IMG/VR virus record: IMGVR_UViG_3300044513_002309
Span: 1-41,775 of that record
DNA length: 41,775 nt
Strand: one strand, 5' to 3'
Origin: a virus
Lineage: Duplodnaviria > Caudoviricetes
Below are positions 27,447 to 35,596 of the stretch, piece after piece; position 1 is the first letter of the stretch, and each line of letters begins with the position of its first letter. The notes under the pieces are model-generated. The model saw nothing but the letters and a program-made list of their open reading frames with translations, was not told where the DNA came from and did no database searches. The position numbers were made by a program, and so were the translations under genes.

Positions 27447-27773
27447 ATGGAAATGAATGCATATCAAGCAGCGGCTAAAGAAACTGCTGTTTTCCCTCCA
27501 GATAGCGGTATTGTTTATACTGCCCTAGGCTTAGTGAGCGAGGGTGGCGAAGTTGCGGATAAAATTAAAAAGATTATACGTGATCAGGGCGGAGAGTTTT
27601 CTGATGAGGCTCGTGAAGCAATCAAGAAAGAACTTGGCGACGTATTGTGGTACGTTGCAGGTCTAGCGTGGGAATTAGGTTTCACTTTAGACGATGTTGC
27701 TGAAACGAACATCTTGAAATTGTCTAGCCGCTATGAGCGTGGCAAGATTGGTGGCTCTGGGGATGATCGCTGA
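27447..27773 (+). CDS. MazG-like NTP pyrophosphohydrolase
   Basis: LGL.SEGGEV..KIKK, ELGDVLWY, N..KL..R...GSGDDR. Confidence 0.9.
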   Translation: MEMNAYQAAAKETAVFPPDSGIVYTALGLVSEGGEVADKIKKIIRDQGGEFSDEAREAIKKELGDVLWYVAGLAWELGFTLDDVAETNILKLSSRYERGKIGGSGDDR

Positions 27774-28701
27774 GTCGTGGCGTTCGCTAGTAACCGGAGT
27801 TTCAGGCTCGTCTATCGAAGCGTTACTTTCTGCGGCTAAAGCCGACTACTCTGTTGTGACAAACGACGTTTATGTGCATGATCGGTTTTTAGACTCTTTT
27901 GTGAAAGTACCTAATAGGTTTGTGACAGGTAGAGAAGTTGATGAGCGCCTTGAAAATTGGGAAGTTGTAAAAGACCGTTACGAGGTTGAGCAGAATAGCC
28001 GCATTCTTCAGCGAGCAACTGCTCTGATTTCTAAGTATGGTGACTCTGCGGTTTTAACTGGTTGTGGTATTTTGGATGAAGGGCGAAAGTTTTTTGCAGT
28101 AGTTAATACTGGTTCTTTAAGCCTACCCACTTCAAGCGGGGATGTTGATATTATTGACTCGTATGTTGTTGTTCTGACCTCCCACGATGGTAGTATGCCC
28201 ATCTGTTATTACAACTTAGATAGTAGAAGATTAAATAACACCACTTACCGATTTACAGAAAGTGAAACTTCTGAGTTCAGCATCCGTAAACGACACACAC
28301 CTAGTGAAGTTGATCTAAACAAAGAGGCTTCTGAAGTAAAGGCGATGAGAGCACAGTGGTCCGAGCATATGAGCGACAGTATTGGAAAGTTGTTCGTTCC
28401 TATGTCTCCGGGTTCTGTAGATAAAACGTTGGAACAGTTCTGGCCTACTGCGTTTGCGGCCACAGAGAAGAAACGTGAACATGCAGAAAATGTCCAAGAA
28501 GCCATTAAAAAATTGTATAGAAAGTCGTATAATGTTGGGGCTTTTGGTGAATGCAGATGGGCACTACTTAATGCGGTTAATGAGTACATTGACTTTCATA
28601 GAAACATCCCAAGCAGCGAAGCAGCACAGCATTCATTAGAAGTTGACAATTATAGTCACCGATTAAAGTTGAGTGTGTTTAAATGGTTGAGTACGTTTTA
28701 G
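27763..28701 (+). CDS. DUF932-family protein
   Basis: V..RY...QN, G.L..GRKF, TSHDGS, RHT, WALLNAV.EY.D. Confidence 0.7.
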   Translation: MIAESWRSLVTGVSGSSIEALLSAAKADYSVVTNDVYVHDRFLDSFVKVPNRFVTGREVDERLENWEVVKDRYEVEQNSRILQRATALISKYGDSAVLTGCGILDEGRKFFAVVNTGSLSLPTSSGDVDIIDSYVVVLTSHDGSMPICYYNLDSRRLNNTTYRFTESETSEFSIRKRHTPSEVDLNKEASEVKAMRAQWSEHMSDSIGKLFVPMSPGSVDKTLEQFWPTAFAATEKKREHAENVQEAIKKLYRKSYNVGAFGECRWALLNAVNEYIDFHRNIPSSEAAQHSLEVDNYSHRLKLSVFKWLSTF

Positions 28702-29237
28702 ATGATCTAGTTATAATTAGAGACTTTACCGAGCATTGCGATGCACTGTTAGAAATGGTCCAAAACCCCCTTGAAGGCGAAATAGTGGAAATGCCTGACA
28801 GGTGTTATAACTTTTTCACCAAGCATGTAGTTGACGGTGGAAGTTCAGATTCGTTTGAAGACATCACTATATTAAGATACTCAGAGCAGATTAGGGATGC
28901 TTTGTTAGAAGTTTTTTCTTTCAATGGTGTGATGAATAATAATTTACCGGCAGTTGTGTACCCTGAAGGGTGCGGCATGGGTCTACACGATGATATGTAT
29001 CATAATTCCGATGACCCTGAGCATCGTGAAAAGGTACATGTGTACAGTTCAGTTCATTATTTGAATGATGATTACGAAGGTGGAGAATTAGTTTTCCCTG
29101 ACTTGGATTTGACAATAAATCCTGAAAAGAATATGCTATTACTATTCGGATGCCATCACAAACACCGTGGCAATCCAGCAACGGGCGGTATAAAGATTTC
29201 GTCCACAAAGTTTTGGAGGAACGCAGATGCAGTTTAG
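28683..29237 (+). CDS. 2OG-Fe(II) oxygenase (prolyl-hydroxylase-like)
   Basis: HDD, YLNDDYEGGELVFP, distal His. Confidence 0.85.
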   Translation: MVEYVLDDLVIIRDFTEHCDALLEMVQNPLEGEIVEMPDRCYNFFTKHVVDGGSSDSFEDITILRYSEQIRDALLEVFSFNGVMNNNLPAVVYPEGCGMGLHDDMYHNSDDPEHREKVHVYSSVHYLNDDYEGGELVFPDLDLTINPEKNMLLLFGCHHKHRGNPATGGIKISSTKFWRNADAV

Positions 29238-29808
29238 TTCTAGTGAACAAGAAAATTTCGTTATCGAAATGACACAGATGAAGCACGGTGGTCACTATGT
29301 CGAACTTGGTGCTTTTCATTCCCACGAAGGTAGCAATACTCGTGTTTTAGAACAAGAGTTTGCGTGGCGTGGCGTGTCGTTTGAAATTGATGAGAAGCGG
29401 CGAGAGCAGTTTACTGACAATCGTTCAAATCCCTGTTTTGGAGATGCGCTAGATTTTGACTACACCGAGTTTTTTAAATGGGGTCAATGGCCTAAGCAAA
29501 TTGATTATTTACAAGTAGACATTGATAATGGCTATGATCATGCGATGCGCCCGGAGGGAAGTGCGTATACCTCATTATTGGGTCTTATCTCCCTCCCGTT
29601 AAATTTGTACCGGTTCTCGGTCATAACGTTTGAGCACGACGTTAACATGTACTTTAGGAACGAGTCTATCCGTGATGCCCAAAGAGAAATTTTAGATGCA
29701 TTAGGATACACTTTAGTCGTGCGAACCATTCATGAAGATTGGTGGGTTGACCCAACTGCGATTGAACCTGATGTCTTTAGACCGCATTTACGTTGGGAAG
29801 TTCTTTAA
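29227..29808 (+). CDS. FkbM-like methyltransferase
   Basis: YVELGA..GSNT..LE...WRG..E, IDYLQVDID, FSVITFEHD, EDWWV. Confidence 0.75.
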   Translation: MQFSSSEQENFVIEMTQMKHGGHYVELGAFHSHEGSNTRVLEQEFAWRGVSFEIDEKRREQFTDNRSNPCFGDALDFDYTEFFKWGQWPKQIDYLQVDIDNGYDHAMRPEGSAYTSLLGLISLPLNLYRFSVITFEHDVNMYFRNESIRDAQREILDALGYTLVVRTIHEDWWVDPTAIEPDVFRPHLRWEVL

Positions 29809-30077
29809 TCTACTTCAATAAAGATACATTCTCCGGGGCACTCTTCGGCTGATTCAATTACATCTTCCAACATATTTTCTGGCACATCAGCCATACCCTC
29901 GGACATCCGGTAAACAGGTCCGTCTGCATCACCGCTAGGCCCATTTAGGCTAGGCCACGTTGCTTCCTTAACGTATGCCAATCCATCGTCGTGCATCTCA
30001 AATACACTTGGACATATTTCTGCACATAGCCCATCACCCGTACATAGGTCTTGATCAATCCAAACTTTCATTGTCAC
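29805..30077 (-). CDS. single-cluster ferredoxin
   Basis: KVWIDQDLCTGDGLCAEICP...CPGECI (CxxDxxC..CP). Confidence 0.9.
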   Translation of the reverse strand: MTMKVWIDQDLCTGDGLCAEICPSVFEMHDDGLAYVKEATWPSLNGPSGDADGPVYRMSEGMADVPENMLEDVIESAEECPGECIFIEVD

Positions 30078-30080
30078 CTC

Positions 30081-31397
30081 TCATATTATTATTTCAATTT
30101 TACGGCGAGTGCCCATTCCTAATCCAGCACATGCATTAAATGCGTGGGTTGCGGCGTCCACTTGGTCGTCGTGCACTCTGGCTTCGGGGAACGCCGACAT
30201 TTCATCAATGAAATCCGTGTTCCACGACGCTCTAATAAGTTTTACGTTTCCGTTTGCAACTGCTGCTGCAAAAGGTTTGGCTCTAGTTACTTTATCTCCT
30301 GTGGCCCGTTGACCAGTGAAGGAATACCCCGGAAGTACGTACCTAGCATACTGGTCGATGAGGTTTTTACCGGCAGACCCCGGTTCTTGTTCCATTTGAA
30401 TAGATATTTCAGGACCGTCTTCCGCAGCGGTTTCTTTAACAAACCTTTCAACTTTTTCACCCTTTGCCCGTATGCGGCGTACATCCATAATGTAAAAAAT
30501 ACCGTTGTCGAATGCTCCTAAGCAGCCAACAGTCCAGTCAGGGTCGGGATTAGAGTTTGTGGGTTCTGTGCCAGCCAAGTCCCAAAATCGAAGCATCTTC
30601 GTATCTTTACTTAGTTCAGGTACTTCGCTTGGCTCAATGATTTCAAAGTTGTTTCTGTTAAACATTGACCCAAGTGTTGTTGCCCACCAGTCGCCAAATT
30701 CAAGACGTTTTCTTTCGATTGGGTCTAGTTCTGCAAGCATGGCTCGGTACGATACTGGATCAATGCCGGGGTTGTCTGTTAGCATTGATGGAATAAATAT
30801 CCTACCGTGGTCTTTTCCTTCGACTAAAAATCTTTGGCGCACCCAGTTGGGTGCAGGGTTTGTTGCACATCTCATTCTGAGAGGGACTGTAGATAGTGGT
30901 CCGGTTGCTGGACGGCGAAGACGAGAGAACATATATCTGTAGTCTGATTCTCTAATCTCGGTGACCTCATCCATTCCAATGAACTGAAACTCTGAACCTT
31001 TGTAACGAAGATAGTCGTTTACATTATTTAGGTAGCCGAATGTAATTCTTGCTCCTGATGGGAATGTAGCCGTGTATTGATTAGCATTCCAATGTACGTC
31101 ATCAAACTGCATGATCCATTCTCTAAAGCGGTCCATGAGAGCGCCGGGAAGGGCAAGGTCAGCGTATGTCCGACGAAAAAGAATCGCTGAGTAGTTAGGT
31201 ACGTCCACGTACTGCAATGCCGCCATAATGAGTGCAGATGACTTACCTCCACCAGCGGCTCCACCAAACATAACTTCTTGGCCTTCTGAACGAAGAAAAA
31301 CTTTCTGTGTTAGGGATGGTTCCTCAACCCAATAGTCTGACCTTTTCGGCTCTAAGTATTCTTTGATTTTTTGCCAGTCGGTTGTTTCTGTGGACAT
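30081..31397 (-). CDS. terL: terminase large subunit
   Basis: GGAAGGGKS, IGMDE, ATNP, WDLA, EQEPG, HDDQVDA; ATG 31397 with AGGAG. Confidence 0.93.
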   Translation of the reverse strand: MSTETTDWQKIKEYLEPKRSDYWVEEPSLTQKVFLRSEGQEVMFGGAAGGGKSSALIMAALQYVDVPNYSAILFRRTYADLALPGALMDRFREWIMQFDDVHWNANQYTATFPSGARITFGYLNNVNDYLRYKGSEFQFIGMDEVTEIRESDYRYMFSRLRRPATGPLSTVPLRMRCATNPAPNWVRQRFLVEGKDHGRIFIPSMLTDNPGIDPVSYRAMLAELDPIERKRLEFGDWWATTLGSMFNRNNFEIIEPSEVPELSKDTKMLRFWDLAGTEPTNSNPDPDWTVGCLGAFDNGIFYIMDVRRIRAKGEKVERFVKETAAEDGPEISIQMEQEPGSAGKNLIDQYARYVLPGYSFTGQRATGDKVTRAKPFAAAVANGNVKLIRASWNTDFIDEMSAFPEARVHDDQVDAATHAFNACAGLGMGTRRKIEIII

Positions 31398-31403
31398 ATC
31401 TGC

Positions 31404-31432
31404 TTGTCTCCTAGACAAATAAAAGGTACAGT
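31404..31432 (+). promoter_or_regulatory. leaderless promoter of the portal operon
   Basis: TTGTCT-17nt-TACAGT-6nt-ATG(31439). Confidence 0.6.
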
Positions 31433-31438
31433 ATACCT

Positions 31439-31597
31439 ATGAGGAATCTTCTAAATCGTTCTGCCGCCGCTCATACACTGATGGGGGCGGGTATAATATT
31501 AGTAGGGCTTGGTATTAGTATACTGAGTTTGGGGTGGGGTCTGGCAAGTGCTGGCCTTGCTTGTGGAATTTACGGTTATTTGCTAGGGGCTGAATAA
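31439..31597 (+). CDS. small 2-TM membrane protein (52 aa), absent from the ORF track
   Basis: MRNLLNRSAAAHTLMGAGIILVGLGISILSLGWGLASAGLACGIYGYLLGAE*; TAATG overlap with portal. Confidence 0.75.
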   Translation: MRNLLNRSAAAHTLMGAGIILVGLGISILSLGWGLASAGLACGIYGYLLGAE

Positions 31598-33063
31598 TGG
31601 CATGGAACTCAGGATCGAATAAATCTTTACAGGATATTTTAAGCGGACAACAGAAAGCCGCTAACATTTCTGTTGGCGCTCCCGTATCATACAGCCCATC
31701 ATTGACTGGCAACGCACGTGGCTACCATGATAATTGGGACATCACCAAAGCATATAGAGAAGGTGTTGCCAAAGTAACTTGGGTTTTTCGGTGCATTGAT
31801 GTAATTTCGTCTAATCAAGCACGCTTGCCTATGATTTTCCGCAAGGATAACAATCCTTTTGGCGAGATAGTAGCAGATCATAATATGTTGAAGATTTTCA
31901 ACAACACTGCTAATATTGGTGAAAATGCGTTTGCGTTCAGGTATCGTTTGTCTAGTCAGTTGTTGATGAGTAGCCGTGGCGCTTTTGTAGAAATTGTTCG
32001 TGGGCGTGGTGGTAATCCGGTTGCTTTGCATCTTTTGCCTCCTCAGAATACTTCCCCGATCCCTGACGACACAAAGTTTGTCAAAGGGTTTGAAGTTAAG
32101 ATTTCTGATCAGGTAAAACGAACAATCAAGCCTGAGAATGTTATTTGGATTCGCAGACCGCATCCTCTTGATCCTTATCTTTCTATGACTCCTATGGAAG
32201 CCGCTGGGGTTGCAATTGAGTTAGAAAACTTGGCTAAGATTTACAATCGCAACTTCCTAATCAACGACGGTCGCCCCGGCGGTCTCCTTGTTCTGCGAAG
32301 TGAGATTGCGGATGAAGACAAGGAAGAACTCCGTTCACGGTTCCGTGGAAACATTGGCCGTGTAGGGTCTGTCGGAGTCATTTCTTCTGATGATGGTGCA
32401 GACTTTGTAGATACTGCGGCTAGCCCTCGTGATGCTGCTTACATTCAGATGCGTACAGTCACGAAAGAAGAAATCCTTGCTGCGTTTGGTGTCCCTGAAT
32501 CTATTATTGGTAACTCCTCCAACCGAACTTTCTCTAACGCTATGGAAGAAGGCAAGGTGTTCTGGATGGAAACCATGTCTCCTCACCTTGATCTGATTGC
32601 TCGTTCTTTCGACAAGATTGATGACTCATACTTTATTGATTTTGACGTTGCAAATGTACCTATCTTGATTCTTTCTAAACAAGAGCGTGAGCGTCATTAT
32701 TTGACTGAGTTCCAGACTGGTCTCATCAGTACCAATGAGTACCGGGAAGCCTCTGGACGCAAGAAGGTAGAATCTGATCTTGCTGATTCACTTTTGTCTA
32801 ACCCTAATCAGACGCCTATCGCTAATACAGAGAAGCCCATGAATGAGGATACGGATGTAGAGGGCGGTGTCCCCCTAGATGTACAGGCGCAAAATGCCCA
32901 GCAGGCGCAGGTGACTGAGTTCAGCCCAGAAGAGGCCGCTTTCGTTGAGGCCGGTACGGTTGAAGGTACGGAAGCCATTGAGGTGCCCGCATCAGAAGTT
33001 CCAAGTGAACTTGAAGGAGATGAACCGGAGGGTAGGAAGAGCGACCCTTTTCAGCAAACCTGA
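31597..33063 (+). CDS. HK97-family portal protein
   Basis: VFRCIDVI..ARLP, LLPP, PGGLL, I..AFGVP..IG, NEYRE. Confidence 0.92.
   Translation: MAWNSGSNKSLQDILSGQQKAANISVGAPVSYSPSLTGNARGYHDNWDITKAYREGVAKVTWVFRCIDVISSNQARLPMIFRKDNNPFGEIVADHNMLKIFNNTANIGENAFAFRYRLSSQLLMSSRGAFVEIVRGRGGNPVALHLLPPQNTSPIPDDTKFVKGFEVKISDQVKRTIKPENVIWIRRPHPLDPYLSMTPMEAAGVAIELENLAKIYNRNFLINDGRPGGLLVLRSEIADEDKEELRSRFRGNIGRVGSVGVISSDDGADFVDTAASPRDAAYIQMRTVTKEEILAAFGVPESIIGNSSNRTFSNAMEEGKVFWMETMSPHLDLIARSFDKIDDSYFIDFDVANVPILILSKQERERHYLTEFQTGLISTNEYREASGRKKVESDLADSLLSNPNQTPIANTEKPMNEDTDVEGGVPLDVQAQNAQQAQVTEFSPEEAAFVEAGTVEGTEAIEVPASEVPSELEGDEPEGRKSDPFQQT
33045..33051 (+). other. putative -1 ribosomal frameshift heptamer C CCT TTT
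   Basis: X XXY YYZ in the portal frame, three sense codons before its stop; the -1 frame is open from 33036 into MuF. Confidence 0.65.
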
Positions 33064-33854
33064 AATTTGGTGACTTATCTAAATACTCTTCTTGGGAAGA
33101 AAAAGCATTATACCGTGTTGATTCTTTAGAAAATCAGGTGTCTAAGCAATTAGACGACATTATTGACTCTCAGGAGAGCACTGTTTTAGGAACTTTATCA
33201 AGTCCAGCAGTAGCGGCGTTACTCGGTGTCGGAGCAGATGCTAACTTTGCCTCAATTGTCCCTATGAGTGAGTTGTCAGTGTCCACGTTGCCTCTGCTTG
33301 AGTCGATGCGAGGCATTTATGAGAAAGCAATTACTGACAATATTGATGAGGGTTATGGTGCTACGGTTTCAGAGCAGCGGGCACAGGCTGCTGTTTCTGA
33401 GCATTTAGCAACTGTAAATAAGTTCAATTCTACTACGCAAGATCAGGTTGCAGAGGCTTTAGCCGCCGCATCTTTAGCGACTTCTGAAGATGGAGATGAT
33501 CTTGATGCTGCGTTAAAGATTGCTTTAGCCTACACACTAATTAAAGCGGTTTTCAATAAATTACGAAGTACTAGAAAACGGTTGATTGTTGATTCAGCAG
33601 TTTTGGGTCCCTATAATCAAGGTCTTTTTGATTCCGCTGAGTCTCGTCCTGCTGATTCGGTACAGATAAACAAAGAGTGGGTTTCTTTAAAAGACGAGCA
33701 GGTCCGTATCGCTCACAGGCAGTTACATGGCGATAAAATTCCTGTTGGGCAACCATTTTTCGTTAGTGGAGTTCCCATTCGGTTCCCTAAAGACCCGTTG
33801 GCCCCTCCGGGGTTGACCATAAATTGTAGGTGTGTTCTAAAGTTCACAAGATAA
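33051..33854 (+). CDS. MuF/SPP1 gp7-like head morphogenesis domain (probably a frameshift extension of portal; nominal GTG at 33138)
   Basis: KEW...D..VR.AH...HG...PF...FP.DP...INCRC; no SD before the GTG. Confidence 0.85.
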   Translation, partial: SANLKFGDLSKYSSWEEKALYRVDSLENQVSKQLDDIIDSQESTVLGTLSSPAVAALLGVGADANFASIVPMSELSVSTLPLLESMRGIYEKAITDNIDEGYGATVSEQRAQAAVSEHLATVNKFNSTTQDQVAEALAAASLATSEDGDDLDAALKIALAYTLIKAVFNKLRSTRKRLIVDSAVLGPYNQGLFDSAESRPADSVQINKEWVSLKDEQVRIAHRQLHGDKIPVGQPFFVSGVPIRFPKDPLAPPGLTINCRCVLKFTR

Positions 33855-33952
33855 ATATATAAACATAGGTGCATTTTATTTATATAAACCCTAATCTATC
33901 CAGATTGCGTAGGGTGTAACATATGAGTGTTGTACCGTTCTGAAGGAGAGTC

Positions 33953-35569
33953 ATGACTACTTTAGTTGAATACTCGGATGTCGCTGAAGGCACCGATCCA
34001 GCATTTGATTTCAAGGCAATTTCAGGCCAAATTGGCATTGATAAAGCACAGGGCATTGTAGAAGCCTTTGTCTCCGGTATAGGTAACCGAGACTCTGTAG
34101 GTGATGTTGTCGTTTCAGGAGCATTTAATGGCTCACTCAAGCGTCGTAAGCCACGGGTTGTTTGGGGACACGACTGGAACCAGCCTATTGGTAAAGTTTT
34201 AGAGATTTATGAAGTACCTAAGAGCGATCCTCGTCTTCCTGAAAAGATGAAGAAGGCTGGAATTGGTGGACTTTTCGCTAAGGTTCAGTTTAACTTAAAC
34301 ACTGAGCGTGGTCGTGAGGCATTTGCAAACGTGGCTTTCTACGGCATGGAGCAAGAATGGTCGATTGGTTATAAGACAATCACCGCAGACTTTGACACAG
34401 GCCGTCAAGCAAATATGCTGAAGGAAGTAGAACTTTATGAAATTTCTCCTGTTCTGCACGGCGCTAACCAACTCACTGGAACCATCTCAGTGAAGGACGA
34501 TAATGAAGGCACTTCTGAGAAGGGTGGAATGTACAACATGGACGACGATAAGGACGCTCCTTCAAATCGTGCAGACGCCGTTTCTTCCATGATGGGTCGT
34601 ATGCTTTCCCAAGCCCTCAAAAAGCCTGTACAAATTTTAGAAATTAACGGAAATTCCGTTGTGTTCCAGACCGGTGAAGACATGGTTTGGATGGCTACAT
34701 TTACTCGTGAAGGAGAAAGAATAATGGTTGGAAAGCCTACTCGTGTTAAGCCCACCACGACCTACGCCCCCGTGGGCGATGAGGCCCCTCCGTCAATGAT
34801 GGTAAAAGACCCAGATGAGAAGGATGCTGAAGAGCCTGAGGGCGTTCGGGATGCAGACGACGAGCAAGGATCATGGGCAACTCCAGACATTGCGCTGGCT
34901 TGGTCGAAAACGTTTGGCTGCTCAGGTTACCACTCACATGGCGGTGGCTTCCTTCCGTGCGAAACTCACGAAGAGTATCTTGAGGCTCTAGAGAAGTTTG
35001 ATGGTAATGCAAATATCAACTCCCATAATAACTACTTGGCAGGCGTTGAAGTTGAAGAGTCAAAAGATGACTCATGCGGATGTGAGTATGAAAAGGGTGA
35101 GTGTTCATGCGACACCGAAGAAAAGGGACATGGATACATGCGGAGTGAAAAGCCTGATTATCTAAAAGACCCTATGGCCCTTCTGCTTATGGCTTACAAT
35201 GAAATGTTAAAAATTCGTGGTGCCGGTGAACTTCGTGAAGCCACACTTGGTCTAATTAACGAAGTTGAGAAGTTCCTAACCACTGCACCGATGTCTCGTC
35301 CTGCCGAGCAAGGCGAAAAGGCCACATCAGGCTTTGTTGTCCACGTTAAGTGTTCTGAACTAGAAGCATTTAGTGTCAGCAAAGCAGTTGCTGATGTTCC
35401 AGTATTTGCGTTTAAATCTGATACTGGAGTGGACCTTCACTTCTCAACAGGTGTTGAGCATGAGGAATTGTTAGGAAAGGTTGCTGGTGCGCTGGCTGCT
35501 CTTAATTTCGATCCTCAAATTACTGTATCCAAGCCCGACCACCTTGACACTGAAGACGGTGTTGAGTAA
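33953..35569 (+). CDS. HK97-type prohead protease with a long C-terminal extension (DUF3721-like motif)
   Basis: D.VGDVV..GAF, WGHD..PIG, WSIGY, LYEISPV..GAN; SD AAGGAG. Confidence 0.9.
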   Translation: MTTLVEYSDVAEGTDPAFDFKAISGQIGIDKAQGIVEAFVSGIGNRDSVGDVVVSGAFNGSLKRRKPRVVWGHDWNQPIGKVLEIYEVPKSDPRLPEKMKKAGIGGLFAKVQFNLNTERGREAFANVAFYGMEQEWSIGYKTITADFDTGRQANMLKEVELYEISPVLHGANQLTGTISVKDDNEGTSEKGGMYNMDDDKDAPSNRADAVSSMMGRMLSQALKKPVQILEINGNSVVFQTGEDMVWMATFTREGERIMVGKPTRVKPTTTYAPVGDEAPPSMMVKDPDEKDAEEPEGVRDADDEQGSWATPDIALAWSKTFGCSGYHSHGGGFLPCETHEEYLEALEKFDGNANINSHNNYLAGVEVEESKDDSCGCEYEKGECSCDTEEKGHGYMRSEKPDYLKDPMALLLMAYNEMLKIRGAGELREATLGLINEVEKFLTTAPMSRPAEQGEKATSGFVVHVKCSELEAFSVSKAVADVPVFAFKSDTGVDLHFSTGVEHEELLGKVAGALAALNFDPQITVSKPDHLDTEDGVE

Positions 35570-35572
35570 AAT
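35544..35572 (+). promoter_or_regulatory. sigma-A-like promoter
   Basis: TTGACA-17nt-TAAAAT. Confidence 0.7.
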
Positions 35573-35596
35573 ACTCAAGAGCAATAGGAGTTCAAA

